Below are positions 10,700 through 23,035 of a stretch of 64,000 nucleotides of DNA, piece by piece. How positions within the stretch are numbered: the first letter of the stretch is position 1; each line of letters begins with the position of its first letter. Origin of the DNA: Hormiphora californensis (Eukaryota > Animalia > Ctenophora); NCBI GenBank assembly GCA_020137815.1, contig CM035354.1, positions 7,440,001-7,504,000 on the forward strand, read 5' to 3'. The notes below the pieces were generated by a model. It was not told the DNA's origin and did not search any database. It was given only the letters and a program-made list of their open reading frames with translations. The position numbers and the translations under genes were made by a program.

Positions 10700-13600
10700 T
10701 CACAGTTTCTTATTAATTTCTCGAAAACTACTAATCAGTTCATGTAAATAAATTCTTTGATTATGCTCCGCCACTGCACGGGTACTAAAAAAGTATCGGT
10801 TTTTCCGCATCCACTGCTCTTTTAGCTTGTGAAATGAATATTTCTGCCTCTGTGTGAGCCCTGACAGATCATAGCATGGATTAAAAAGAGACGGATACCT
10901 TTTCTCATGTTTAGGATTCTGGTTACGAAGACTACTGAGATGATTTGTAAGACGTTCATGCCGAAATCTGACCAAACTTGGAATTCCAAGACTGGGAACA
11001 ACTTTTAGTTGCATTTGAAGACGTTTGAAAGATTCCAGTTGATTCTTTGTAAGTCCCGAGGTATCATAATAGGGCTCAGCCGATACAGTAAAACTTGTTG
11101 GGGTGGAAGTTGTTGCTGTTTCCGACGGTGTGGTAGTAGATGGATCAGGCGTTTTAGGGGTAAATGTAGAACTAGCCGAAGGAGTAGTACAAACAGCTTT
11201 AGTTTTAAATGGAACATTGGCGGCAGTAGAAGGAACAGAAGTAATTGTAGAAGGTACAGAAGTAATTGTAGAAGGTACAGAAGTAATTGGTGAAGGAGCA
11301 GATTTAGTAGCTGTTTGGTCTGATGAAGGTCGGGATTCCATGGGATGAGACGGCCTCATTTGAGCCGATGTTGGTACCGCCGGGGGGAGAGGACGTCTTA
11401 TGGATGGTGGTGGAAGATACGCCTGTGGAAAGGGATCGTGCCTGGGTCTTGTAGGATTGAAGGTAACAGGCCTACTGCCAAAGTATGATTGTTGGAGAGC
11501 CTGTTTTTCAAACGTCATGAGACATAGTAAGCGAGTAGCTGGGACTTGAGATGAAAAGCGAGCGTTTGCAAATGGACCAGCTGCTGCCAAATGAGGATAC
11601 CGCATGACTTGGTTAACAAAGGGGCCAGGAACATATGGAACCATGTTTACTGGATGGGTGATATGTCGCATTATTGAAGCATGCGGCGTTCGAAGCATTG
11701 AATGTGGCGGTAGTGACTGGATAGAGTTCACTGGATAGTTGCCCATCATTGAAGGACCTGGCGCAGTCAGTCGTATGCTAGCTGTTGGAACTGCCTGTGC
11801 TGCAATTGTCTGGCTGCCTGCTAATGGAACCTGGTGCCCTGGTGCAGGAGCATTATCCAGATGAACAGAAGGTGCTGTCGTCTGCCATGTGGGCAGAACG
11901 GTTGCATGACCAACCGGAACCATTGAAGGTGGCCGAATAGAGTGGATTGCCTGGTTGATATGCTCAACCATTGGAGGTGCCGGCAATGGAACCATTGAGG
12001 TTGGTGTGGACGGGACAAAGCGGGTTTGCAGGTTGCCCGCCATTGGAGGACTTATCAGCTGTTCAACACAAGGCTTTTGAACAGCTCTAACTGCTAACGC
12101 CTGACAAACGGCCGGTAAAACCCGATCTTGTTGTGAGGCTCCATTGGGCTGCTCCTGGACTCCTTTTGACACATTGCCCTGCTGAGCATGGTATGTCGGT
12201 TGTGCTGCAGGAGATTTCAGTTCTGAGTTTGTAGGTTGTGCTGGCATAATACTGGCAGGAGATTTCAGTACTGAGTTTGTAGGTTGGCCTGTCATAATGC
12301 TCACAGAAGATTTCAGTACTGAGTTTGTAGGTTGGCCTTCCGTAAGGCTAGGAGAAGATTTCAGAACAGATGTTGGCAGCTGTTCTGTCTTGAGGTTCAC
12401 GGGAATTCTTTGAACGCTGTGAGATTTCTTGGCAGAGATTTTTGGTTGTTCTGTTATAAGGCTCACGGGAGTTTTCTGTACAGGGCTAGTCGGTTCGGGC
12501 TTCACTTTGGAGTTTTCCAGTTCCATTTGGGCTGCAAGTGCCAATAATGTTGTCTTCTGTTCCTCAGTCATGATATCACGATTATTTGCTCCCCTGTTGT
12601 TTCTCTCTATTTCAGCTTCAACAAATCGCAGTTTGTCTTGTTGGGCCACAGTTAAAGAACTGAACCCTTGGAATTCCAACTCGATAAAAGATGGTTTAGT
12701 GTTTTTCATAGGTTCCATTCCTTTAGATGAAACAAAATGTTTCGCCTTGATCCGCTCCCAGAAGTCGCTCGGCGAACTTGATCGTCTCCATCGAGACCTT
12801 GATCGACTCCGTCGAGACTTTTGGTGTAGTATCGGACGGAGGGCGCGAGATTTGGCAATCTCTGCTGCGCTGCAGTGCCGAGCACTGCAGCGCCGAGCGC
12901 TCCGTTCTGCTATTCCATCCTTTTTCCCAGGATCGCGGTTTTAGATTCGGTCTTAGATTCAGTGAGTTTAGCAACAGTTCGAAAAAGGCAATCTAAAAAG
13001 AGTTACGTGTCCATTTATTTCTACATTTCATTCGGCCACGGAACCAAAGTCTTTTTATTCAGCAAAGGAGACGGCGAGGGAAAGAACCATTGGTATTCCC
13101 TCTTCGTCTCAGTTTCGGCTTTACTCTACTTTGAACGACGACGCCAAGACCTCGGCCTCGAACGACGTCGTCGAGTCCTCGAACGACGTCGCCAAGACCT
13201 GGAACGTCGTCGTCGAGACCTGGAACGTCGTCTTGAGTATCGTCTAGGCGACCTCGACCGGCGATTTGGAGACCTGGATCTCCCTTGACTACTCCTCGTT
13301 CGAGACCTGCTTGGAGATGGAGTAGATGTTTCTTCTGCTGAAGATCCTGATGTGAGTTTAGATCTTGAGGAACTGGGCGAAGACCCGGAGAAAGGGTTGT
13401 TCTTGGAGCTGGGCTGGATAGGGGAGGGAGATGGTGTACAAGTAGGAGAGACTGGAGTGCTGGGTTTTGAAAATTTTGGAAGAGATGGGGATTTGGCCGC
13501 TGTTTTAGTTGAAACAGTATCACCAAATTTCCTACCAGCTGGACTGGGTGATCTGCTGCCTAGTGATAGGGAGGGAGAGGATGGTGGTGATGGAGTTAAA

Positions 13601-13728
13601 GTTCGGATTGAGTCTGACTCTGGTGACATGCTGAACCGAGAATGGTAGAGGTCTGGAGCTGGACGGGCAGCAATGGCAGAAATTCGTTCTGACAATGATC
13701 TATCATCTTTATTTCTCCTAACTATCAT
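10700..13728 (-). CDS. PDLYHSRF-family RS protein, interrupted by an insertion of about 310 bp in the RS domain (possible pseudogene or split gene)
   Basis: ORFs 13126-13728 and 10700-12718 are colinear with paralog 14237-16540 (DFWERIKAKHF, YDTSGLTKNQLESFKRLQ). Confidence 0.65.
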
Positions 13729-13789
13729 ACCACACCCTAAATGAAAAGAGGTGGAGGGAGTTAGTATATAACATTATATTTAATATATT

Positions 13790-13885
13790 TTTGCGTTAGG
13801 TATACCGCCCTGAAGATCGCCAGTGTCAGGTAAAGTTTCACTTATCTGACCCTGTCGCGTCTGTGGCGGTATACAAAACGTAATA
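13790..13885. repeat. Short palindromic MITE-like element
   Basis: gtataccgcc ... ggcggtatac inverted ends. Confidence 0.45.
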
Positions 13886-14236
13886 TTATTATTAATATTG
13901 GACACAGTAAATGGAGACACGGTAATAGTAATTAATTGCAAACATTAATACGTATATGTATAATAGATAAATATAAATTACTGCAATACCTCAGATAAAA
14001 AGCTGGATTACAATTTAAATAAATCGATAAAAGATATATGGCTATTGTTAAAAAAAATCATACTTGATGTTCATTGTTCATGCACATTGATTTGATTGAA
14101 TTGTTTTGAATTGATTTGAATCAAGAATAAAAAGTTGACTAAATATAAAATATATTGAGTACACCGTACAAAAATATAATATAAAATTCTAGTTGTAAAA
14201 ATACTGAAAAGAGTCCCTTGAAACGGAAGAAAAAAA

Positions 14237-16540
14237 CTAAGGCCAAAGGAATGAATGCTTCACAGATTTCTTATTCATTTCTAAGTTTTTTCGAAAACCA
14301 CTAATCAGTGTTTGTAAAAATAATTTTTGATTATCCACCGCAATTTTAGGGCTACTATAAAAGTGTCGGTTTTTCTCCATCCACTGCCTTTTTAGCTTGT
14401 AAAATGAAACTACCTGCCTCTCGGTGAGTCCTGACAGATCGTAGGATGGTTCAAGAAGAACCATTTGCATTTTCTCACTTTTACTATTCTGGTTGCGAAA
14501 ATCACTGAGCCGATTCATAATCCTATTATGGCCAAATTTGGGTAACGTATCACCATATTCAAGTGTTAGTCGCGTTTGAAGACGTTTGAAAGATTCTAAT
14601 TGATTCTTTGTAAGCCCCGAGGTATCATAATGGGGCTCAGCCGATACAGTAGAACTTGTTGAGCTGGAAGTTGTTGCTGTTGTGATAGTAGGCGGATCAG
14701 GCGTTTTAGGGGTAAATGTAGAACAAGCAGAAGGAGTAGTAGAAACAGTTTTAGTTTTAAATGGAACAGCTGCAGAAGGAGGGGTAGCAGTAGAAGGAGT
14801 AACAGTGGCAGCATTACAAGGAATAGTGGTAGTAGTAAAAGGAATAGTGGTAGTAGTAGAAAGAACAGTGGTAGTAGTAGAAGGAGTAGTGACCTCAGTA
14901 TGATTTTGGACAGTAGAACTTGAAGGTTGTCCTGTCATAAGGTTCAATGGAGTTCTCTGAACACTTGGAGACTTCTTGACAGTGGTAGTAGGTTGTCCTG
15001 TCATAAGGTTCAATGGAGTTTTCTGAACACTTGGAGACTTCTTGACAGTGGTAGTAGGTTGTCTCGTCATAAGATTTACGGGATTTCTCTGAACGATGGG
15101 AGACTTCTTGACAGTGGTAGTAGGATTTCCTGTCATAAGATTCGTGGGAGTTCTCTGAACAGTTTTCTGTACATGACTAGTCGGTTTAGGTTTCACTTTG
15201 GAATCTTCAAGTTTCATCTCTGCCGCAAGAGCCAATAATGTTTTCTTCTGATCTTGAGTGATAATATCACGATTATTTGCTCCCCTATTTTTTTTCTCCA
15301 TTCTAGCTTCAACAAATCGCAATTTTTCTTGCTGAGCCCCATCTAAAGAACAAAAATCTTGGAATGACAACTCAATGAAAGATCGTTTAGTGCTTCTCGC
15401 AGGTTCCTTTCCTTTCGATGAAATAAAATGTTTCGCCTTGATCCGCTCCCAAAAGTCATCTGTCGAGCTTGTATGTCTCCGTCGAGACCTTGAACGGCTT
15501 CGTCGAGACCTCGAACGACTCCGACGATTCCTTGAACTACTCCGTCGAGATCTCGAACGTCGTCGTCGAGACCTCGAACGACTGCGACGATTCCTTGAAC
15601 GACGTCTTGAGTATCGTGATCGTCTAGGCGACCTCGACCGGCGATCTGGAGACCTCGAACGGCGTCTTGAAGTGAGTCTAGGAGACCTCGAACATCGTCT
15701 TGAGTATCGCCTAGGCGACCTCGACCGGCGATTTGGAGACCTGGATCTCCCTTGGCTACTCCTTGTCCGAGACCTGGGCGGAGATGGAGTAGATGTTTCT
15801 CCTGGTGAAGACGAAGATCCTGATGTGCGTTTAGATCTCGAGGATCTGGGCGAAGACCCGGAGGGATGGTTGTTCTTGGAGCTGGGCTGGATAGGGGAGG
15901 GAGATGGTGTACGGGTAGGGGAGACTGGAGTCCCGGGTTTTGAAACTTTTGGTAGAGGTGGGGATTGCTCTTCGACCTCTGTTTTAGTTGAAGGTTCCCT
16001 CGATCGTGGAGAGGTTGCTCTGATAGGAGAACACTTCCGTGACACTTTCAAAGTTCGAACCCTAGATCTAGAAGAAATTGGTTTGGGTGGCGTCCTGGGT
16101 CGAACTGGAGCTTGGGGAGCCCTAATCGGAGAACGCTTTTTTGATGCGTTTCGAATTGAAACAGTGTCAGCCAAATCCTCTGGTTGGGGCAATGGCCGAG
16201 CCTCAACATTGACAGAATAAGCCATCATGTTCATTGGCTCTCGCACCTTCTCAACAACTCCCAAATCATGAGATGGACCCGTCACTCTAGCCCTTTTAGC
16301 CTTTCGGGTGGGGGAGGAAGGTCTGCTGTTACGAAACTTCCTACCAGCCGGGCTGGGTGATCTGCTACCTAGCGATAGGGAGGGAGAGGATGGTGGTGAA
16401 GGAGTCAAAGTTCTGATTGAGTCTGATTCTGGGGACATACTGAACCGAGAATGGTAAAGATCGGGAGCTGGACGGGCAGCGATGGCTTTGATGCGTTCAG
16501 ACAAACTGTTAACCACGTTTGTTTTTTCATTTTCAGGCAT
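14237..16540 (-). CDS. PDLYHSRF-family RS protein (intact, 767 aa)
   Basis: Intact ORF: N-terminal motif, SPRRRSR-type repeats, about 22-aa internal repeats and C-terminal LTxxQ repeats. Acceptor ctttag directly abuts the ATG. Confidence 0.85.
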   Translation of the reverse strand: MPENEKTNVVNSLSERIKAIAARPAPDLYHSRFSMSPESDSIRTLTPSPPSSPSLSLGSRSPSPAGRKFRNSRPSSPTRKAKRARVTGPSHDLGVVEKVREPMNMMAYSVNVEARPLPQPEDLADTVSIRNASKKRSPIRAPQAPVRPRTPPKPISSRSRVRTLKVSRKCSPIRATSPRSREPSTKTEVEEQSPPLPKVSKPGTPVSPTRTPSPSPIQPSSKNNHPSGSSPRSSRSKRTSGSSSSPGETSTPSPPRSRTRSSQGRSRSPNRRSRSPRRYSRRCSRSPRLTSRRRSRSPDRRSRSPRRSRYSRRRSRNRRSRSRSRRRRSRSRRSSSRNRRSRSRSRRSRSRSRRRHTSSTDDFWERIKAKHFISSKGKEPARSTKRSFIELSFQDFCSLDGAQQEKLRFVEARMEKKNRGANNRDIITQDQKKTLLALAAEMKLEDSKVKPKPTSHVQKTVQRTPTNLMTGNPTTTVKKSPIVQRNPVNLMTRQPTTTVKKSPSVQKTPLNLMTGQPTTTVKKSPSVQRTPLNLMTGQPSSSTVQNHTEVTTPSTTTTVLSTTTTIPFTTTTIPCNAATVTPSTATPPSAAVPFKTKTVSTTPSACSTFTPKTPDPPTITTATTSSSTSSTVSAEPHYDTSGLTKNQLESFKRLQTRLTLEYGDTLPKFGHNRIMNRLSDFRNQNSKSEKMQMVLLEPSYDLSGLTERQVVSFYKLKRQWMEKNRHFYSSPKIAVDNQKLFLQTLISGFRKNLEMNKKSVKHSFLWP

Positions 16541-16665
16541 CTAAAGCTGAGGAAGGGGAATGAGTTGTTTGAAATTGGTATTAATACAAGAGCAGATAAA
16601 TTCGGGTATTCAAAGACGATTTTGAAATAAAAACATTTGAAAAAATGTCTGTAAAAATAATATTA

Positions 16666-16765
16666 ATAGCTCCTTCCGGCTTCAATCAAAATGGTCAACA
16701 GAATTTGAAATGATTCTTAATTACATTTTCTTTTGACCATCTTGATAGAAGCCGGAAGGAGCTAT
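16666..16765. mobile_element. About 100-bp MITE / hairpin
   Basis: atagctccttccggcttc...gaagccggaaggagctat, inverted arms of about 35 bp. Confidence 0.65.
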
Positions 16766-17722
16766 CAATTGTAGAGATCTACAGACAACAATCATGCGGC
16801 TCATAAAAATGATCAAATTATATTCATCCTGTTGAAAATATTTTAACTCATACAATTAACGAACTCTGATAACAAAAAACACAAGAAAATCATACAAACA
16901 GCCCACATAAGAATTATGAACAAATAAATCAATCAAGCAACCCACAAAAACATATAATTTATACAAATAATCCTCATAAAAATATGTAATTCAAACACGT
17001 AAAAACATAAAATAATTTATCATGCAACATTTAAAAATAAATACTTCTGAACCACAAAGCATAGGAATTAGCTGTTTACTTCACAGTACTTAATAAAATA
17101 TTGCCTTCTTCTTAGCCTTATCTATATTATAATTTGCAAATGCGTGGCGTGATGGTGGTGATGTAGTATCCACACGTGCAAATAGAGGGGGGTTGCCAAG
17201 GAGGTGCCTTGGGAGGGGTATTGGAGGGTGCACGTGCGGGTTGGAGCAGCGAGTGAGAGGGGTGCTCCTGGGTGAGGAAGAGTGTGGGGATTCGGGTCAA
17301 CGGGTACTCTACTTCAATGGGCTTTCTAGTCTATATTATAAAGTACAAATGAGTGGCGTGATGATGGTGATGGAGTATCCTAGCTTGCAACACTAGCGTG
17401 CAACAATTTGCCCATTTGCCCGTGCGAATCAAGGGGTTGTTATGGTTGGTGGGCAAGGGTGTGAATACTGCACGTGCATGTTATTTGATGTTGTGTTGCG
17501 TGTTCCTGCGGTGTTTTGTGGTGTGATGGCATCTACTGCTGCTGCCCCGATGAATACCAAAGCGTTTCTACCTACGTACCACGTTGATTACTCTACACAG
17601 CTACAATTCTACGGATGTTTATCAGTGATATTATCACCTAATTCGACACGTTTCAAGCGACCCCCTTCTGATTCCTACCACTCTACCATCCTCCATATTC
17701 TTCAGCCCTACACGGACATGAT

Positions 17723-17737
17723 GAGAGAGAGAGAGAA

Positions 17738-17825
<88 letters not shown>

Positions 17826-17838
17826 AGAGAGAGAGAGA
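17723..17838. repeat. (GA)n microsatellite
   Basis: Direct observation. Confidence 0.95.
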
Positions 17839-17844
17839 ATTTAT

Positions 17845-20067
17845 TATATTTTTCAAATTTTGGTTCTGAAATGATCTTATTTTATTATTAACGGCCCACC
17901 TACAGAACTCAACAAAAGAGTGTTCTATTTTCCAGCCCAAGCTGGTCATAACATTCTGTCTAAACTTTTCGACAGACTGAATTTGATTTTTCGTAAGTTC
18001 TGTAAAACGAGTAGGTGTAGCATACATTTTACCAGTTGGTTCTAACAATCCTCTAAAACCTAGGATGGATTTTTCAAGCACCCAGTCCTTCCAATGGGAA
18101 GCATACCTTGCTGGTAGGTCTCCTTTATTGAAGATCCGTCTTTGAAGCGACTCAACTTTCCTCTGCTCCCATGATAAAAGCTCATTAAAGTCGGCCATCA
18201 AGTATCCAGGAATAGGCCACCAACCGTAATCTGACGCAGTTCCTGGGTAAGGTGTTGGGTATTCTGGTGATGATTCAGTGTGAAAACATTTACTGGACGA
18301 AGATGTATCTGCGGTGGAAGGCAATGGATGACTATGGTCAGTAGATGAGGACATTCCAGCAACATTATCAAATGATTCGACTTTATTAGAAGTAACAGCA
18401 GCCGTCAAGGTATCACTGAACTGGTGCGGTGTCGAATTAGTGAGTGGCAGTTGAAGAGGTTGTCTGATACGAAAATATCCAGAGTTCTCTGATCTACTAT
18501 TGAAATGTGGACGATGGAAAGGCTTGATAGAAATGGGTACAAAGGGTCTGCCACCAAAAAAGAAGATTCGACGGGGTATTGGAGCCTGCTGGCGATTCAG
18601 AAAGAACGGTGGCCGAACTGAGTTTGCTGTAAGTCGTGGAGGAAAAAGATGTGAGAACATGCCTGAATTTCTCGGAAAAGGTTGGCCTGAAGGAAACCGT
18701 GTCTGCATTCCCCTAATATCAAAGGAGTTATAGCCTAGCGCAGGAGACACAACTGGAGCACACTTTGTAGTAGAATGGTTATCCAATCTAGGCTGTGTTG
18801 ATGTTAGTTTAGTGTAAGTCGTCTTTATCGTCTGGACCGACACCTCCTGTGTTGTATTTGACTGATTAACGGGTGAAACTGGTTTCGTTTGGTCACACTG
18901 AGCCTTCTGAGAATCTGGAATCCGATTAATGACCCAATTGTATCCTTCAATAGAGAGTAGCTGTGAAGATTCTTTAGGTAGTTGTGAAGACACTTTAGGT
19001 AGTTGTGAAGACACTTTAGGTAGATTAGGAGATGTTGGCTCAGACACTGGAACAGGAACGCTTTGAGAACGCTTTGTCAGCAACAAACTTGATTTACCCT
19101 CCTCGACCTTCTCCACCTTTGCATTATTCAACTCAACTTTTTGATTTGACAGCTCCATCTTCTGTTCTTTTTCTTCTTCTTTAGTATACTTTTGCTTGAT
19201 TTGCTCCATGAAACTGATCGGAGACAAAGAGCTTGATTGATTCCTTTCTTCAGGAAATCGTTCCGGTTTCCTTGGAGACCTAGACCGTTTCCTTGCAGAC
19301 CTAGACCGCTGCCTCGGAGACCTGGACCGCTGCCTCGTAAACCTGGACCGTTTCCTTAGAGACCTAGACCGTCGTCTAGGAGATCTTGAGTGTCGCTTAG
19401 AAGGTCTTGTCCAACGTTTTGGAGATCTCAACTTCTTCCGAAACCTGCGACTGGAAGATCTCGACTTAAATCTACCTGTGCTAGACTCTCTCGACCTTCT
19501 CCTCCACCTAGACAGGTATCTACGAGGCAATTTCCTTGATCTAGACACCCTCGGGGATCGGGAAGGAGATGGAGTTCTTTTGGATACTTCTTCCTTTGGT
19601 CGAGGTGAAGTGGAGATTATTCTAGAAGAACCGGGTGAAGATCGGGAGGATGGCTGTTTCGTTCTTGATGAACTTGATCGAGCAGGGGACGGAGCTTTAA
19701 TAGGAGACTGCTGATGTATCGGTTGAATAGTCACTTCAATACCCTCCCTCGACTCTGTAGGAGGGGGTGAATCAGATTCAACATCAACATAGTTCGGTGT
19801 TGGTGTTACTTCCCGTTCAATCAGATTATGGACCTCTTGAATTGGACTAGTCACCTCACTAAGACCAGAAATCCATGAATCCTCAGTTATATCTAGTTTA
19901 CAACCAACTAAACTATTCGGTGATTTGGAGGGAGAGGATGGTGGTGAAGGAGTTAAAGTTCGGATTGAGTCTGATTCTGGGGACATACTGAACCGAGAAT
20001 GGTAGAGATCGGGAGCTGGACGGGCAGCGATGGCTTTGATTCGTTCTGATCGGTCATTGTCAGGCAT
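17845..20067 (-). CDS. PDLYHSRF-family RS protein
   Basis: Motif, RS heptads and divergent LTxxQ repeats. The ORF reads through into (CT)n to 17683. The true stop is probably near 17845, by comparison with paralog ends. Confidence 0.75.
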
Positions 20068-20354
20068 TCAACAGGCAGCCCTATACTTCCTGAGTGAAAT
20101 ATTTGTTAGATATCAATATGAAGGGGGTGAAGTCGGGGGATTGGGAGAAGAAAACATTTATTAACAGAGTCTTTGGAAACGAAATATGTTGGTAAAACAA
20201 TTTACAATACAATTTATTAACATAAAATCGTTTATAAATAAAAATATGGTATCTAGAAAGTGTGATAAAAAATATGATAAAAATACGAGGTGGTGTTTAA
20301 AAAGTGTTTCTGTAGACAAGCATTATAATCGACCTGAAGCAAAGTTGCATCACA

Positions 20355-22691
20355 TTATTTGACTTTCGGAATGGCAGCAAAATCATCGATAAGCTTAGCA
20401 ACCCGTGATACAGAATATTCATCATATAATGTCTTATTTACTTCTGAAATTCCAATCCCTTGACGTTCTAGAAGTCTTATAGTGTTTTTAACCTGACTTA
20501 CTTGCCCTTTTGTTAAATGTTTCAGTTTTGACTTTGCTGTTACTTCATCAAGTGTGAGGGGATTTTGTCCAACACCCAAGATAGATCTTTCTATTCTCCA
20601 TTTCCTCCATTTGGCCTTCCCTTTATTGGAGGAACGATTCGAATTCAACTTATCTTTTTGTATATCCTCTATTACCTCTTCAACTTCTTTCCGCTTCTCC
20701 TCTGTAAGCTGTCGGAAATGTTTGTGTAATGGTGGAGGTATTAAACCTAAAGGATTGATCTTTTTGGGTTGTTTTGAAGCGACTTTACGACCTCGATGAT
20801 TTTCGGCTGAAGGGTTCATCTTTGAAGAGTTTGCTGGCTGATTTATCGTTGAAGGACCTGGCGCTGTCAGTTGGACGCTACCCTGGGCTGGTGTTAGCTG
20901 CTTTGCAACCACATCAGCTGATGGTACCTGGCGATCTGGTATTGCTGCTTCTGGTGCATTGCTCACCTGAACAGACTGTGTGGTAGGTACAACTGTCTGC
21001 GAAGTGGGCGGGACAATTGATGTCCTTTGTGGTCGGAGCTGCCATGAGATTAACAGGAACCCGCAGGACTCCAACTGTCGACTGTTGGTCGGACCCTCGT
21101 TCAGCGGGAACGGGAGAGGTTGGAGGTTTTCCTGTCGTAAGGTGAGCAGGAGTCATCTGAGAAGTTGAAGTATGGTGATTCAAAGTATGATTCAAAGTGA
21201 TGTGTGGCAGTTTTGCAACTGGGGTGATGATTGTGGGGAAAGGGGAAGCGTTTGGAAAGGTTCCGAGCTGCAAAACGAAAATGGGGGACAATAGATGGAT
21301 AACCAACCGGAGTCATCGAAGAGTTTACTAGTTGGTTCATCATTGAAGGACCTGGCGCTGTCAGTTGGACGTTACCCAGGGCTGGTGTTGCCTGTCCTGC
21401 TTTGCTCACCTGAACAGACTGAATGGTAGGTACAGCAGCCATCAGATTAACAGGAACACGCTGGACTCTCTCAATCGACGGTTGGTCAGATTCCACCACA
21501 GTCTTTGTTTGGTCCACAGAGTTAGCCATAGCGATGATGTTCTCTTGTGCATTGTCCAATTCCATCCTCTTTGCCATATCCAACAGGGTGTTCTTCTGCT
21601 CTTTCGAGATGAGACCCACCACAGCAGAACCCCTTCTCTTCTCTTCCATTTCAAACTCAACACTACGGAGTTTTTCTTTTTGTTTTCTGGTAAGTCGATA
21701 AAAGCCAGGGAAGTTTATTTCGATGAAAGTAGTCTTACACGACCTCCTTTTAGCCCTCTTTACCCTTTCCTTCCCCTTAGAGTTATCTGGAGGCGGAACT
21801 TGTCTCTCTTCGATTCTCTTCCAGAAGTCCATCGGAGACCAGGATCTTCTTAATTTCCTAGACTTGTGACTGGGAGACCGGGAACGATCTCTTGGAGACC
21901 TGGATCGTCGTTTTGGGGATCTTGATCGGCGCCGGGGAGATCTTGATTGTCGCCTAGGAGACCTTGATCGTCGCCTGGAAGACTTTGAACTGCGTTTTGA
22001 TGACTTCGAACTACGCCTTGATGACTTCGAACTACGCCTTGATGACTTCGAACTACGCCTAGAGGACTTCTTTCGAGATTTTCGTTTCTTCGATTTTCTG
22101 GATGTTTGTGGAGACGGCGATCGGGACAGAGTCGTTCTTGATAGTTCTCCTTCTGATAGGGATGAAGTGGAGGAAATCCTGGCTCTTGAAGAACCGGGTG
22201 AAGATCGGGAGGACGGCTGTTTCGTTCTCGATGAACTTGATCGAGGTGGTGATGCAGAAGGTGAATGCTTTCTCGAAGCTTTTGAGTCACAAACTGTGTC
22301 CTGCAACACACTCCCATCCGTAGCCGTCTTCTTTAAATTGGGGGATGTGCTCCGAACTGGATGATCCTATCATGTTGATAGGAACTCGCTTTTCTCCATG
22401 ATCCTTCTGGTGTATTCCTAGCGAATCAGGTCCGGTTGCATTCTTGAATTTCCCAGAGAGGTAAGGAAACAATGAAGCTTGAATTCTGTTCCGCACGAAG
22501 TTTCTGTCCAGTTTTCTGCCAACTGGACTAATAGAACGGCCCAGTGATCGGGAGGGAGAGGATGGTGGTGAGGGAGTTAAAGTTCGGATTGAGTCTGATT
22601 CTGGTGACATACTGAACCGAGAATGGTAGAGATCTGGAGCTGGACGGGCAGCGATGGCTTTGATTCGTTCTGATCGGTCATTAGTAGTCAT
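20355..22691 (-). CDS. PDLYHSRF-family RS protein (two frameshifts)
   Basis: Colinear ORFs 22287-22727, 21101-22309 and 20355-21074. DFWKRI and FIEINFPGFYRLT match paralogs. Acceptor catttcag 1 nt before ATG 22691. Confidence 0.7.
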
Positions 22692-23035
22692 TCTGAAATG
22701 GAAAGGGTTAACTTTACTTACAGACAATAGGAAACAGAATCAAAACAAGCAATAACACAAAAATAAATAAAATATAATTTTTAAATAATAGAAAATGCAT
22801 ACAATTAAATGTCTACAAGATATATACGGTGCTCTTAAAATAGTTTAATTTCCGCCCGGATTCAAATACCCCCTTTAAAAATATTAAAAAGCAAATCTGG
22901 TCGTCGTTCATTCTACCATGTCCCATGATTACATTTACCCATAATATAATAATGCAGCAACTGTCAACCCCATTGAATCTAACTGATGATCACTCGGGAC
23001 AGCAAACATTTCCATCTCTATGCTTTACAAATAGA

